Source of the DNA: Phoronis australis
Lineage: Eukaryota > Animalia > Phoronida
Assembly: GCA_002633005.1 (NCBI GenBank)
Contig: NMRA01000381.1
Coordinates: 1-57,084, forward strand
Length of the DNA stretch: 57,084 bases
Direction: 5' to 3'
Part shown: piece after piece, positions 24,701 to 37,199 of the stretch
Position numbering within the stretch: position 1 is the first letter of the stretch
How the letters are laid out: each line of letters opens with the position of its first letter
Notes under the pieces: model-generated
The model's input: only the letters and a program-made list of their open reading frames with translations
What the model was told of the DNA's origin: nothing
Databases searched by the model: none
Program-made: the position numbers and the translations under genes

Positions 24701-25920
24701 TCAAGTCACAAACTTTGCATGGGAAACAACCTATGTTTCAATATTGCTGGTAATGTGTTTCAATACTATCGGAGTGGTGAGTAGGAGTGGACATATCTTA
24801 ACTATCATTATCATTTTATTTTTTAATATTCATGTTTTGACTACCTTTTATTAGTTATTTTGTATACATAAGCACGAAATAATTCCTCAAAGGAACGGGA
24901 CATTGCCTCATTCCAGCCTATTACATCTGCGCAAAGAAAAGGTTTAAAGGCCTGCTTAAGGGAGATTGTTGCGCATAATATATTTTGTACATCTCACTGT
25001 TCTTTTTCTTCAGTTCTCGACGATGACGATGACGACGACAGTGTGATTATAGTTATGAGGATTACAATGACATTAGCCCTTATACAAGTAACATGCTTTA
25101 AAAAGCATGATTTTAACAATCGTTGCATTTTTCAGTTTCCATCAACGATAAGGTCGTTAAGGAGGTCTCCGAAGCAGCCGATGTCACTGAAGGCCAGTTC
25201 TAGCCAGTGAATGAGTAATATGGTAGCCATTTACAGCCATGAAACACCAGTGTCAGAAAGTATAAGAATGTGTTGTCATGAAAAATATCTGAAGCTAGAA
25301 TCCAACGCCCTCAAGTCACAAAAGGCCATGCTGCACGTGCGTAATTGACAATTTACGATTTTATCGGAAACCCCTGTTCGGAAACAAACGCGACTACGTA
25401 ATAAAGTTGGTATTAGTGTACGTGTGTGATATCTACGACAACGTCTCAAGTTAATGAATTCAACGAAGAATATATTAGAAAATACATCTCCTAAGAAGTG
25501 CAACTGACATCTGTAATATAATAAATTAGTTCCCTTTGTCGTCGTCGTTAAAGAGAAGATTGATCACAGATATCGACAATAGAGGCTAAAGTGGTTCCCT
25601 GGGAAGGACCGATACCTTATCATATAATTTGTCTTTGGATGCATTAAAAATCTCCAACATCGATAATTAGAGATTGGGCATGACATAGATATACATTACG
25701 AGTGTCATCTTCGTGACTCTTTCGTTAATCTCGTGAATTTATGACGAAAATGAGTGATAAAAGCGACAAGTATATAACCATGACACTGCAGTGGAGTTCA
25801 AAACAAGCAAAACCTTCTTTGCGCTCTAATCTAGGAATAGATTAGGTCCTGCTTGAAGGTTCATCTAAGTGGATTTCCTCAGTTGCTGGAGCGTACCCTA
25901 GACTGGTACAGAACTTAAAA

Positions 25921-26925
25921 ATGTTCAAGCAAATGGATCTGTCATTTATAAACAGCGGGCATGTAGCGAATATGAACATGAAGCTAGAAAAGCGCGCCAA
26001 TAAGTCCAAAGAGTACCACAAACGAAAGGTGAAGGAAAGCCAACAAAGGCTTGTGTTTGGTTACACATTTATGTACAATGCAAGTGAGAGCGAATATCTC
26101 GCTCAGATGAAAAACAGGTGCGGGGATACGAGATTAGGGGAGACTCTACACGTTATTGCAAAAGAACAGACGGTAACCACGCGACTGATGAATAAGCAAA
26201 TTCACTCAACTAAACTAAAATGTCAACGTTTCTTGAAGAGCGTTAACTCTTTTTCTAGTCCGAGGCGGCGCGCAAGTGCACCGGCACACTTGAAGTGGGA
26301 GACAACACATCGTCTGCCGTCACAGCAGGAGAACAGAAGCAAATCAGTAACTTTTCCGCTTCCGCGAGTCAGGTTTTTCCAGGAAGAAAATGAAGTGGAA
26401 TACGACAGAGAAACATGTACTAACAGCGCAGAAGACAAAGAAGCGCTTGTGCAGAGGTGTCCTGCACGAGTACAGTTTGAAGAAAACGTTTCTGACTTTT
26501 CCAGTTGCCATTCCCTTCCAGAGATAGACACCGTAAGGATGTCTAGTTATGCAGGCAAAAACTGTCTTCACGGCAAAAATATGTCCATGACAGCCTCCAC
26601 CTTAAGGAACACTTATAAGCTGCAAACGTCTAGTGTGAGGCCTCGCCCTCTTAGTCAGCAAAGGGCCTCGGAACGAAACACAAGAGAGGAAGCTGAGCTT
26701 TCACCACAGGAGCTTTCGAAGCTTTCCGAAGAAGACAGGATAGAAAGAAGATTGCGAAAATTCTTGTCAAAGCAAATCGAAATCAACAACGGGAATCCTA
26801 TATCCGACGAAGTTAAAGACGAGCGTGAAAAGGTCCGATTTCTCAGTTCTTCTTCGCGAACTTTAAAACCAAGGCAAGCGTGGATAGTCAAAGAGGCGAG
26901 AAAAGCTCTGGGAATGGCAACATAA
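25921..26925 (+). CDS. Uncharacterised 334-aa basic protein, single coding exon (family member 2), with four RVxF-type motifs
   Basis: 1-kb uninterrupted ORF; 17/52 ungapped identities to the 446-aa ORF in the N-terminal block; candidate upstream acceptors at about 25013 and 25136; AATAAA at 27177. The start could be any of several early Met codons. Confidence 0.85.
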   Translation: MFKQMDLSFINSGHVANMNMKLEKRANKSKEYHKRKVKESQQRLVFGYTFMYNASESEYLAQMKNRCGDTRLGETLHVIAKEQTVTTRLMNKQIHSTKLKCQRFLKSVNSFSSPRRRASAPAHLKWETTHRLPSQQENRSKSVTFPLPRVRFFQEENEVEYDRETCTNSAEDKEALVQRCPARVQFEENVSDFSSCHSLPEIDTVRMSSYAGKNCLHGKNMSMTASTLRNTYKLQTSSVRPRPLSQQRASERNTREEAELSPQELSKLSEEDRIERRLRKFLSKQIEINNGNPISDEVKDEREKVRFLSSSSRTLKPRQAWIVKEARKALGMAT

Positions 26926-28761
26926 GGTTTCTTGGGATAGCTGGTTCCTGTTACACTTGTATTTTACACGAAAAATGGCAGTTATTCATGCTAATACGGG
27001 GATTTGACAAACTCAATTTATCGTATTCAAAATATCGTAGTTTGAATTTTGGTCTTTGCCTGCTATAAATCAGCAAAAAATGGAGTTAAGGGGTTTTCCA
27101 TCACAGCTACCTGAAAAGAGGCACTTTTGACAAAATGCAAAATTTACATTGTTTACTGAAAAGTCACATCTGAGTGAATAAATGGTCGAAATCGGGTTCA
27201 TTTCTTTGCTCGGTGTCATTTTTATTTTGGCTGCTTTGATTATATTTCCCAGTTAAGTGATTTTACGCATTTTGAGTACCCTTTGGCTTCCATGCAAAAA
27301 GTCTCACCCTTATTTTTTTCTTTTTAAGTTGTATGTTGAAACATTTTATTCTTCACCATTAAATAGAAAAAAAATATGAGTTTACTATTATTATATAACA
27401 TTTTTTGTACCATCACAGAAGAATGAGCAATTCGAATTTTCCAAAGCTCGCCAATTTCAAGATCACGATTACTCCTTTACATTCGACTAGAAGGGGGTTA
27501 ACTTATGTCGATGGGATTGCCAAATGAACTCAATTGACGTCAATAATTTTAGACGAGAATTTTCCTCTTTAATGAATTCCAAATTGACGTTTGAATCGAG
27601 TCACACCAAACGTGCGCGCTTAGATTTCCTTATTGTTGAGAATGGCATCACTGTGAAATTATGATGTGGCGCGATATTATTTAACGCCATAGTAACACAA
27701 ATCCAACACAAAATCAACATTTTTCCTTTTAAATAATCTGTTATTAAAACCAAACAATAATTTTGAAATGTTTTACATGTTAGACAGTGTTGTAAAACAA
27801 CGACTAGTTTACGAGTTTTTTTTTAACAAACTGCATCGAACACCCTCAACCAAATTCTTATGTGACGGTTTCCTTGGGAAGTACGCCAGCAAAACTTATT
27901 CGAACTTTCGAAGACGTCTTGCGTGTTCTGTATACAGCTTTCGAGCATTCATTGGCCGTCTCTCAGGTCATTAGATAAAACTAAAGTATATTTTGTTGAT
28001 ATGACACATTGACTCAGCACTTAAGAATATGACGTTTATGTTCGTCATATGTCCGTCAACGCTTTATATCACCAGTTATCATCGGAGCAGAACTTCAGCA
28101 TCTTAGGAGAGCGTGTGACTCCCCTTAAAGGGGCCGTTTTAGTATAGACCTACACCACTCTCATCAACAGTTTGGATATTAGTCTTTTGATTTATACATA
28201 GACTGTTTCGAATGTTCTTTTTCATGAACAGTTTTTGTGTGAATCTCGTGGTTGAGTTTGTGTGATGATCACAAAATAACCACACCTTGAGCTACTTGAA
28301 TTGAGTGGCTGATAAGTTTTACTTGACTAGTTATCATGCCTGTCAGTTATCTGTAAACACTTCAAGTATTAGTCAATACAGGTTTTTGAATCAAAATACA
28401 TACGGGTATGTTTGAAGAGCAATACAAGGCATTTGATCTCACCTTCTTGTTCAATTGCAAGTTTGTTGGTAATAAGAGTTGAAAAACACTAATGCTTAAA
28501 TCAATATAAATTGGTTCCAAACTGTTGTTTGCTATATTGGTAATCATTATAATTATAGTTATTTGGGTATGAAATACAACGCCAATAACGAGAATTGGGC
28601 TGACTAATAATCAAGTCCACAAACACAGTGAATTAGAAATCGCTTCCGCACAGAAACCATTAACTTCCTGAAACTGCCTTGAGGCAGTGATGCAGTAACA
28701 TCACTTCTAAACTCTATTGGCTTCTTTGCTGCACCAGCCTCCTGCTTAATTGGCACAAGAT

Positions 28762-28845
28762 GACTCAGTGTCACAGTGGTTAGAGTTCTAGGATGACAAC
28801 CGGAAGGTTCTAGGCTCAAACCCCGCCGTGCACCAAGGAAAACGC
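28762..28845 (+). mobile_element. Degenerate tRNA-derived SINE head
   Basis: gactcag TGTCACAGTGG ttagag (A-box-like) ... gaaggttcta GGCTCAAACCC (B-box-like). Confidence 0.45.
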
Positions 28846-29983
28846 AATCCAAGTGCCCACCATAAGTGTGTCAGATACCTGTACTCGTTCTTCTAAGAAC
28901 ACTGTAACATCTGAAGATGGCGGGAGAAATGGCCGACTGAAACGTCATGCCAATGTAAATGTACTAATGCATTTTAGAAATGAGAGAAAACGAGAACAAA
29001 CACTGTATAAACCGAGACGAATTTTAATTGAATGAAATAGTCTACACAATTGAATTACGTTTATTTACACAGTGGCAGCTTTTCCGTATAGTACGGACAG
29101 GCGGACGAAAATCAATTTAAAAAACAGCAGAACTACGCTTGCGTTTTATCAGCGCGACAACTGCCTCAGTTATAATTAATGGGGGTCACACGACAATGAG
29201 AGTTATGCCTTGGTAAGTAGGGCCTTTGCTGTTCATTTTACTTCTAAGCCGTAGAACTCAAGCTTGATTTCTTAGATTTGGTTTTATGAGCTTGATTTTA
29301 GACAGTTTCCTTTTGAAGAGAGCTTATACATCATGTCAATTCTGTACAAATAACACTGTTTGGTTATTCCGTTAATTTCAACCTCTTTTGTCGCACTTGT
29401 AGCTTGACTAGTTACAGCACAATACTTCGGTAATTTTCTCTACGACACATACATCACAGTGGCTAGTTATGATCAGCATAAAAATGACTCGCCCAACTAC
29501 GAGGATTTTAAAGTAGGATTTCGCCTCTGTAAATATTGATTTCTTAACCGAAGAGCTTTAGGATTTAAAAACAATACTACGCCCATCAAATCATGAATTC
29601 TTTCTGAACGAGCCGGCAACTCAAGACAAACAATGCGCACATGTGACATTTTTAATCTGCAATACAATGTTGGCCAACACCATTAAATTCTGAAGCATGT
29701 TCTTGAGTAGCTGATGGTTTCAATGTTGTTATTGGTAACGGAAATAGAATCTTATCACTGCGTATAATTTTATAAGAGTAAACGGCTAAATTCAACTTTT
29801 GTATTTACAGTTAAACAGGGCGAAATACAGGTTTATGTTATAATCCCAAATGGTTAGCTGTGGTCCCTGATATTGTTCACGGATGCCAAGAACATTTTGG
29901 TTCATTGTTCCATCATATACCATTCTTCACAGGTGGGATGGTGAATTTCGTTCAACAAGAAAGTTCACCATCTCTATTTGAAT

Positions 29984-30140
29984 AATTCGAGTTCGAAGTT
30001 GGCGACATCAGTTTGTCCTAATTAGCGCTGGATAAGACCATAAAGGGATTCAAATTTGATTGTCTTCTCAAATTCGTATGTAGTTTTGACCGTGAATTTC
30101 GGGCAGGAAACGAATCAATCGCCGAATTCGAACTCGAACT
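29984..30140. repeat. Short inverted-repeat element
   Basis: ttcgagttcgaagttggcga near 29985 pairs with tcgccgaattcgaactcgaa at about 30119-30138. Confidence 0.55.
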
Positions 30141-33089
30141 TAGACTTGACATATTATGTTATACGAATGAATTTGAGGTGTGGATAATGCACTAGAACTC
30201 AAAATCAAACAAACCTTCAATTCACAATGAAGAGGAACAATAAATGTCAAAATAAAGCTACAGTTCGATTTCAAGTTGCAGTAACGGTGATTGATCGACT
30301 GCTACGGAGGTATGGTGACTCAGAGCAACCGTGCCGCAACCTGGAACGCAGTGTCGCTATAGGTGGTACGAGCAGGGTAGAGATCGGTGCAGTTTTGTCA
30401 ACAAGACTGTTTCCTGAACAAATGTACCTGCAGGTGAAACTTTAGCGATACTTTTCTTTGAAAATTTTAACAGTCGAAAGCAAATATTATATGATGAATC
30501 ACGTTCTACGAAAAATTGTCAACGCTCAATACATTTTTATTATTCCTGCGAGTGGAGAGGCACAATGCGAAACTGTTTGCTAGGCAAAAATAATTCATGC
30601 ATAATACACTGTAATGTTTGGCTATTCCATTCTTGGAATCATTTGTAGATGTATACTCTACGGATAACTAATCGGTTTTTGTTTACTTTTAACACTAATT
30701 ACATACAAACGAGAGTGTTGGGTACCTATTAAAGAACAAATCCGGCAAACACATCTTGACCTAGTCCGTCTGGTATTATGTTCGACGCGTGCATGAAAAT
30801 GTTTTCGCTGTGACCAGAATGAGGAATTATTGATAATTTTTCTATATACTAGTCTCGTTATGCTTCCATAGACATGAGAGACTTTCGACATAATGATTAA
30901 TTAAAAGTAGCGGACAAGGTCAGATTTCAAAAGAAAATTTTCAACATTTCTCACGAGGACGTATTCATCACAAAAGTAAATCTCTGAAAAGCTCCATCGA
31001 CAAGTGATCTGACGTCTGGGTTCTCTAGACGGCGAGAGGCAAGCCAGTGTGATCACGTGCGTTGTTTGAAATGCAAGGGAATATCTCGCAGATTAGCGTG
31101 AACTCGCTTTACTCTCGAGACAATTGCTCAATGGAACTCAACCTTTAGTGTCATACCTGTACAAGCAATGGACGAATTTATTTTCGATGATTTAAATTTG
31201 GAAATGAATTCCGCTCAGTATGCTTTAATTCCAGTTCATAAATGGTTTTAGCTAACATTAATTAGACGATATACATAGTCTATATTTGGAACGTATTACA
31301 CCAAGGGAAATTGGGGGTAGTAGCAAATTTCATCACTCATGGTTGATAAATTTCACTACTGTGGTGTGATAACTTTTAAAGCATTGGTCGACACTCGAGA
31401 CTGCACCAGTAACGTTACGAATGTTGTACTGTTGAGTCAAAATTTATTTCTTTTCTGATTCCACAAAGTGCGACAATATTAAAGAAAGTGCGACTATAAA
31501 CAGTGATCATTCAATATTAATGTGCATTCCATAACACTACATGCCGATTTTTATACAATATCAAACGTCAAAATTTGCCTCTTCAGGACGCACAAATATG
31601 TGCTGTTCGTGGCTTATCTTTCAAGCCATGTACCCAAGTTGAAAAAATCAAGACACGTGTGCGACTATTAACGAGATTAACTCTTACGCTGCGGGTTAAA
31701 AGTGAAATAAAAGCCTTCGTGTAAATACCGTTCAGATAAGCCAGTGTCAAATGTACAAATTCAAAAAAAACAAGGCACACAAATTTGAGAACTCAGCCTT
31801 CACATAATCTTAACCAGCTTCAGTGGAACACCACACCATTTACTTATTACTGTTTATAACGTCATACATAATTAAACATGAAATCCCAATATGAAAATCA
31901 CAGTACGAAAAACGATTCTGCATAAACTTGAAACAATTTTTAATTAAATAAAACATTACGTTGTTTCCAAGTAATTCCCAATCTGCTTGTGAACAAGTGA
32001 CACAAAATGTCGCACGCTCCTAAGTATTCTGATAAGATTCATCTGCCAGAAAGCTTTTACGGTATTTGCGAATTTGTCTTCTTCAGAAACTATGTTGTTG
32101 CTTTTATTACAGTACATACAAGCTTCCAACATCGCAAGCTTCTGACGTTTCCTCAAGCAGTCAGCTATTAATTTTTATTTGCACATCGCTAATAGCCCGT
32201 GCCTTTCTTCGAATGGACCTAAACAGGCGAGTGTTTATTCACACAACACAATAGTGTTTGGTGTTTTAGTGGCGTAGACATGTTGTCAAGCAGTTGAAAT
32301 GCAAACGACCGCGAAAAATGGACTCACTGTTATTTTTCAAGGATTGCCATTACGGAATAACACACAAGGCGATACGACAGCTTAGGATTTAGATCAGGAG
32401 TAGACGGACGAAGTCTCCTGATTCGAATTTCAGACAGTGGATGGAAAACTACCAAGCGCTCAGGCAGTCGACGAAAGCAATTTGTTAGAGTCATAAGAGA
32501 CAGAAAGGACAGTATAAAGTCATGGTGAGTTAGAGGGTCTACTCTAAAGACAATATTAGTTTGATTAGATAGTTAAAATGAATGCGAATGACATGGAAGG
32601 ATTGCATAATTAACAATCGTCTCAGTGCAATTAACGGTTGCAAATGATAGTGAAGTGTTTAAAATGGCCTTTTCAAGCACAATTCATGCTTCAAAACGAA
32701 AGTTTGAAAAGTTGATCACAGTTGTGCGAACAGTTTAAACAGATGAATCAAAAATTTAAGCTTTCACCGAGTAAAGTGTCAGTTTAAAAAGATTTAATAA
32801 TTCCTTCCAGCATTGGCAAAACATAAAACGATCATGCTGGTCATGAAATCAACAGGGTGAATACCGAAATCATTTTTATGTGCTAAAATCATGTTCTCAT
32901 TCTATTTTATTTTTCTTCAGGAAAACAATGAAAACAAGAAATCAGATCATTTAAGTGTTTAACGAACAAACGTTGTGCACCCTAAGGACACCAGAAGCGA
33001 TGAAAATCGACCAGTAATCTTTAAATTCCTAGAACTGTAAAGTTAATGAGGAATCCAAGATTGAGTAAAATCTAAACGATTGTATTGAA

Positions 33090-34430
33090 ATGGCAACAAT
33101 GGCAAGAGCAACATCGCCAACGCCAAAATTGTCCAATAAATTTGGACTGGCGCTGAAAGCGGAGGTGGAGGAAAGGCGACAGAAATACAACACGGATATG
33201 AGCACTCGAAGAATGCCACGACCTCTAGTGTTCTTGAGTGAAGGAGAGCGGATGGCATACATGAGAAATCGTTGTGAACAAGCCGACGTATCAAAGACTG
33301 TTGCATTTTATAAAATAGAAAACGATGCATTTCTCCGAGATTTCAAACGGGCACACAACGTTTTCAAGTTAAAAAAACGGCGATTTGAGAAATATGCTTC
33401 GCGTGCAAGGACATCAAGCGAGCAGGTAGAAGGACCTCCCACGTTAGTTGTTGAACCTATACAAGATGGTGAAAAAATATATTACGCTGTATACACTGTA
33501 CCATCAAAACAGGTGCCAAAAAACTATGAACCAGATGGAAAAATGTTGAAGTCAGTCAAAGAAATGTGCACTGCATTAAAAGATGTTGCCATAGAAACCG
33601 AAAAAAGCGAGTCTTGCGATGAAAATGACAACGAGGAAAATGTAACCCCAAAAAATTATTTTAATACTGGCGATCAAAAACAATCATCTGGGGCTATAAG
33701 TATCACATCGGCATGTGACGTAACCACCATCAAGCCTGCATTGACAGACAGTAGGGTTCCTAGCTCTCCCAAGTCAGTTTCCGTTGCATCCTCGAAAGAC
33801 GAAGGAAAAAAATGTAGTATTGACCAATTGAGTGTGCATGGTCATCATATTTCTCCTCAGAACAGACACCAAAGACCAAAGTCGACAATCGGCTTTCGGA
33901 AAACACCTGAGCCTCAAACACGGCCAAAAACAGCAATAGAAAGTGTCAGTTGTAAAAATGTAATGTTGAAACTTAAGGAAGACTCTTCAAACGATGATCA
34001 TGATGACATTTTGGCTTTGCCAAATAGAAACGATAGGCGAGGTCAGTCAGCTGCGATTCACCGTCCGAGGGCCAATGCAGATGGTATTCAAAATGGCCGC
34101 CAAGTGAGATGCAAAACGGCACCACCTGGCGGTAGACAAGTAGATTTTGACAGGAGCATATTGTCAAAGGAGCGAAGACCGCCAGTGTTCGATAGAGTAA
34201 AGGCAGCATATTTATTGCGACAGGAGTTAAAGAAACCTCGCAAACATGTCGAAGTTAAAAAGCAAGAAGTAGACATTGAGCACGAGAGAAGAGTTGAGAA
34301 AGCACGATGGAATTACTATGACCAGAGAGTTGCAGAATTCAGTAAAACACTTGTCGAAATGAAAAGACAACACACCATCGATGTGAACAAGTGGGTAGCA
34401 GAAGAAATGGAAGAAAAATTGCAGTTGTAA
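33090..34430 (+). CDS. Uncharacterised 446-aa protein, single coding exon (family member 3)
   Basis: 1.3-kb uninterrupted ORF; a 5'-UTR intron is suggested by donor catg|GTGAGT at 32525 and acceptor ttttatttttcttcag ending 32920; ATTAAA at 34853; N-terminal block homologous to the other two ORFs. Confidence 0.88.
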   Translation: MATMARATSPTPKLSNKFGLALKAEVEERRQKYNTDMSTRRMPRPLVFLSEGERMAYMRNRCEQADVSKTVAFYKIENDAFLRDFKRAHNVFKLKKRRFEKYASRARTSSEQVEGPPTLVVEPIQDGEKIYYAVYTVPSKQVPKNYEPDGKMLKSVKEMCTALKDVAIETEKSESCDENDNEENVTPKNYFNTGDQKQSSGAISITSACDVTTIKPALTDSRVPSSPKSVSVASSKDEGKKCSIDQLSVHGHHISPQNRHQRPKSTIGFRKTPEPQTRPKTAIESVSCKNVMLKLKEDSSNDDHDDILALPNRNDRRGQSAAIHRPRANADGIQNGRQVRCKTAPPGGRQVDFDRSILSKERRPPVFDRVKAAYLLRQELKKPRKHVEVKKQEVDIEHERRVEKARWNYYDQRVAEFSKTLVEMKRQHTIDVNKWVAEEMEEKLQL

Positions 34431-36198
34431 AGTGGCACAGATAGGGACATGTTTATCTGTAGTATGTATCAGGAATATTGTAAACCTGCGAGGCAGGCGT
34501 GTAACCAGGTCAGGGTAACCATCGCCGATCGCTGTCTTTGAAGTATGTAGGCCTACCACTTGGTTGGCTCATTTGCTTCCATAAAACAAACTCTATCTGA
34601 ACTATGATCGGCGAGATGTCACCAACTGCACTGAGTAGGAAGCGAAATGATTTAGTGTAAAAACATGCTAGATTTTAGGTATACGCATAAAAATATGACT
34701 TGACTTCGGTTATTGTCGAGGCTCTACTCATCGTGGCTACTCAGGCTGAATCTGAAAAGTCAATTCCTCGTTTCTCTGTGACACTCAAACGTACTAATTA
34801 CGAATAGGAGTATATTGTAGTGTATTTCTATTACGCACTTGAAGAAAACAGCATTAAAGTCAGTGGAACTTGCAGGCTACCTGGTAATTCCTGTTATCTC
34901 TGTGGTTGCTCGGCCAACTAGAAATTAGTTTGAAACACAGCATGTAGCGACGATGTGAATATGAAGTAGGTTGAAAATTGCCAAATGTTTTTAAGAACGA
35001 GTTTTGTGTCGAAAATGATCCGCCGTAAATCACTCAACCGTGTCCAATAAGTATCGTGATGTGATGTTGGAAAATAACACTGGGTGATGCGAGCTATGTG
35101 AACCATAGAATGAGATCATTTCAAAATCTTTGAGGACCATGATGTATTAGCACTTTGCTAAGCATGTATTGTGTATATCCTACTATGTCCTTCCTATAGA
35201 AGAAGTATACGGCAAGTACCGCCAAAAGGGTGTTTTCCACAGTAAAAAATACTCTTCAAAATGGTGCCATTCTCGACCAGATAACATTTAAAATTGTGCC
35301 TTTTCTGAATTTCGGGAACAGAATTGTGCGAAAATTTACAAAAATACTCTCTAAATGGGTTACTTTTTGTTCGATACCATTCTCTAATTGGACAGGTATC
35401 CAAATTTTCAGGGCGGCACCCCTCGTCCAAAAATACTCGAGTACCCCGGTCGTTTCAGATACTTGTTCGTGATTTTGAGCATTTATTTTGTGATATGTTG
35501 TTTTCGTAAAATGTAACAATGGTACATTTCCGGCAGGCGAATTCGAAGTAATATGTAACAATTTCGTAAAATGTATTAAAAACTCGTTACATTTCATGCC
35601 CGCACCAAGTCTAAAAATGGGGTGCTCGAATTTTTGAGAATATGTTCCTTTAATTAAGATTCACGGGGTACGTTCAAAGCTATGAATTGTGCATTCGCAG
35701 AATTTTGCTAGTTCCTGCCTTTTTATTGTTTTTGTCTCGTTTCCTACTCATTCGAGCCCCCACCGCATGCATTTTAGGAGAGGGTTAGCAACGTAAAATG
35801 TAACAATGATGTGACATGAACTGATAAATCATTGGTTTTGTGACCGAAGGAAGGTTTATGGACAACTTAAAAAGGCAGAGATGGAAAGTCTTTTTTCTTT
35901 CTTTTTCATTTATATGCCAGTTTGTAAAATGCATTTTTTGCTAAATAGACATAACCCTTGTAGTCTATTGGGACAGTCTCAGAGTATTACAAAATTCTGC
36001 GTATGAGAAAAACACAATCACAAAACTACCAATATCAAACATAAGTTTATTATCCGATTATATACCAAACAAGTCTATCAGTGTGTGTAAGAAATGTGTT
36101 GCAAACATCACTCGTGAATTTTCTGTTGAGATACAAATCCAATAGATATACTGCAAGTAAATAAATTTGAACATATAATCACAGCCACAATAATAACT

Positions 36199-36437
36199 CT
36201 GTACCACGATACCATTGAACCTAATGCTATATAACAAGGGAGACAATACTGCATCGTTTCATGTTAACAAAGAGACATCTACTGTACCACAATACCATTG
36301 AACCTTATGCTACACAACAGGGGAGACAATACTGCATTGTTTCATGTGGACAAGAGACATCTACTGTACCACGATACCATTGAACCTTATGCTATATAAC
36401 AAGGAAGACAAGATGTTTCATGTGGACAAAGAGACAA
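36199..36437. repeat. 82-83-bp tandem repeat, about 3 copies
   Basis: ctgtaccacgataccattgaacc... at 36199, 36282 and 36364. Confidence 0.9.
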
Positions 36438-37130
36438 AGTGTATAACATCTGCTAAGATAACCATTTTACATATGGATATCCTTGTAAACAACAAATTAT
36501 AAATTTAGATTATTACATGGCGAAGTCGTTATCCCCGGTATCTAGAGCCGGAGTGGATTTTGGAGAATTATCGCCCGAGGGGCACCACATACTGAACGAG
36601 AAACACTGCAATGAATCGATCTACCTTTCTCGACTCGCCTCGGTTTGTAACTATTTTCTATGTCAGAGGCCCGGGGTCGGAGGTCATGACCTTTTAAGAA
36701 AAGCCGAGATATTTTTGTAAAATAATGCTTTTACTCAAATCCAATTGAAAAATAAAACAAAATAGAAATAAAGTGAATCTATAAATTAAGGTTTAGCAAC
36801 TGTTATAGCTTACTACACATTTTATCACGCTAAGCTTCAACCGGGAATGTATCGTCTGCTAAAGTAGGTTACCACTAGTAACTGACTATAATGCTCAAGT
36901 CAAAGGATCCCGACCACACGACACCTGCATTCAAATTGGAGATCGGTGATTTAAAAGTGAGAGAACACGAGAGAAAAATTTCACTGAATTAAAATATCGT
37001 TTTTATGGAAATTATGCGTCTTATTTTTCATAGATAGCGTATAATTGTCAGTGCAATGCCCTTTGCTGAACATGCGATTGTTGCGCGTGCTCATTTAAGT
37101 ATTTTATTTTCACGTTCGATGACGTCAGCC

Positions 37131-37199
37131 GCTGAGTGGTGTAGTGGTAAAGTCGGCGACTCGCAACTGTTGAGGCTCGGGTTCGACTCCGGCCTCAGT
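37131..37199 (+). mobile_element. tRNA-like sequence: SINE head or tRNA pseudogene
   Basis: A box TGGTGTAGTGG, B box GGTTCGACTCC, ends GCTGAG/CTCAGT can pair; the anticodon stem pairs poorly. Confidence 0.6.

Noticed and set aside
17002-34430. The three long ORFs as transposon or viral genes
   Set aside because: No RT, integrase, DDE, Rep/helicase, zinc-knuckle or capsid motifs recognised, no enclosing LTR/TIR, and they have UTR-intron and poly(A) signals.
37131-37199. Functional tRNA gene
   Set aside because: Anticodon stem pairs poorly and the acceptor stem is short; better explained as a SINE head or pseudogene.
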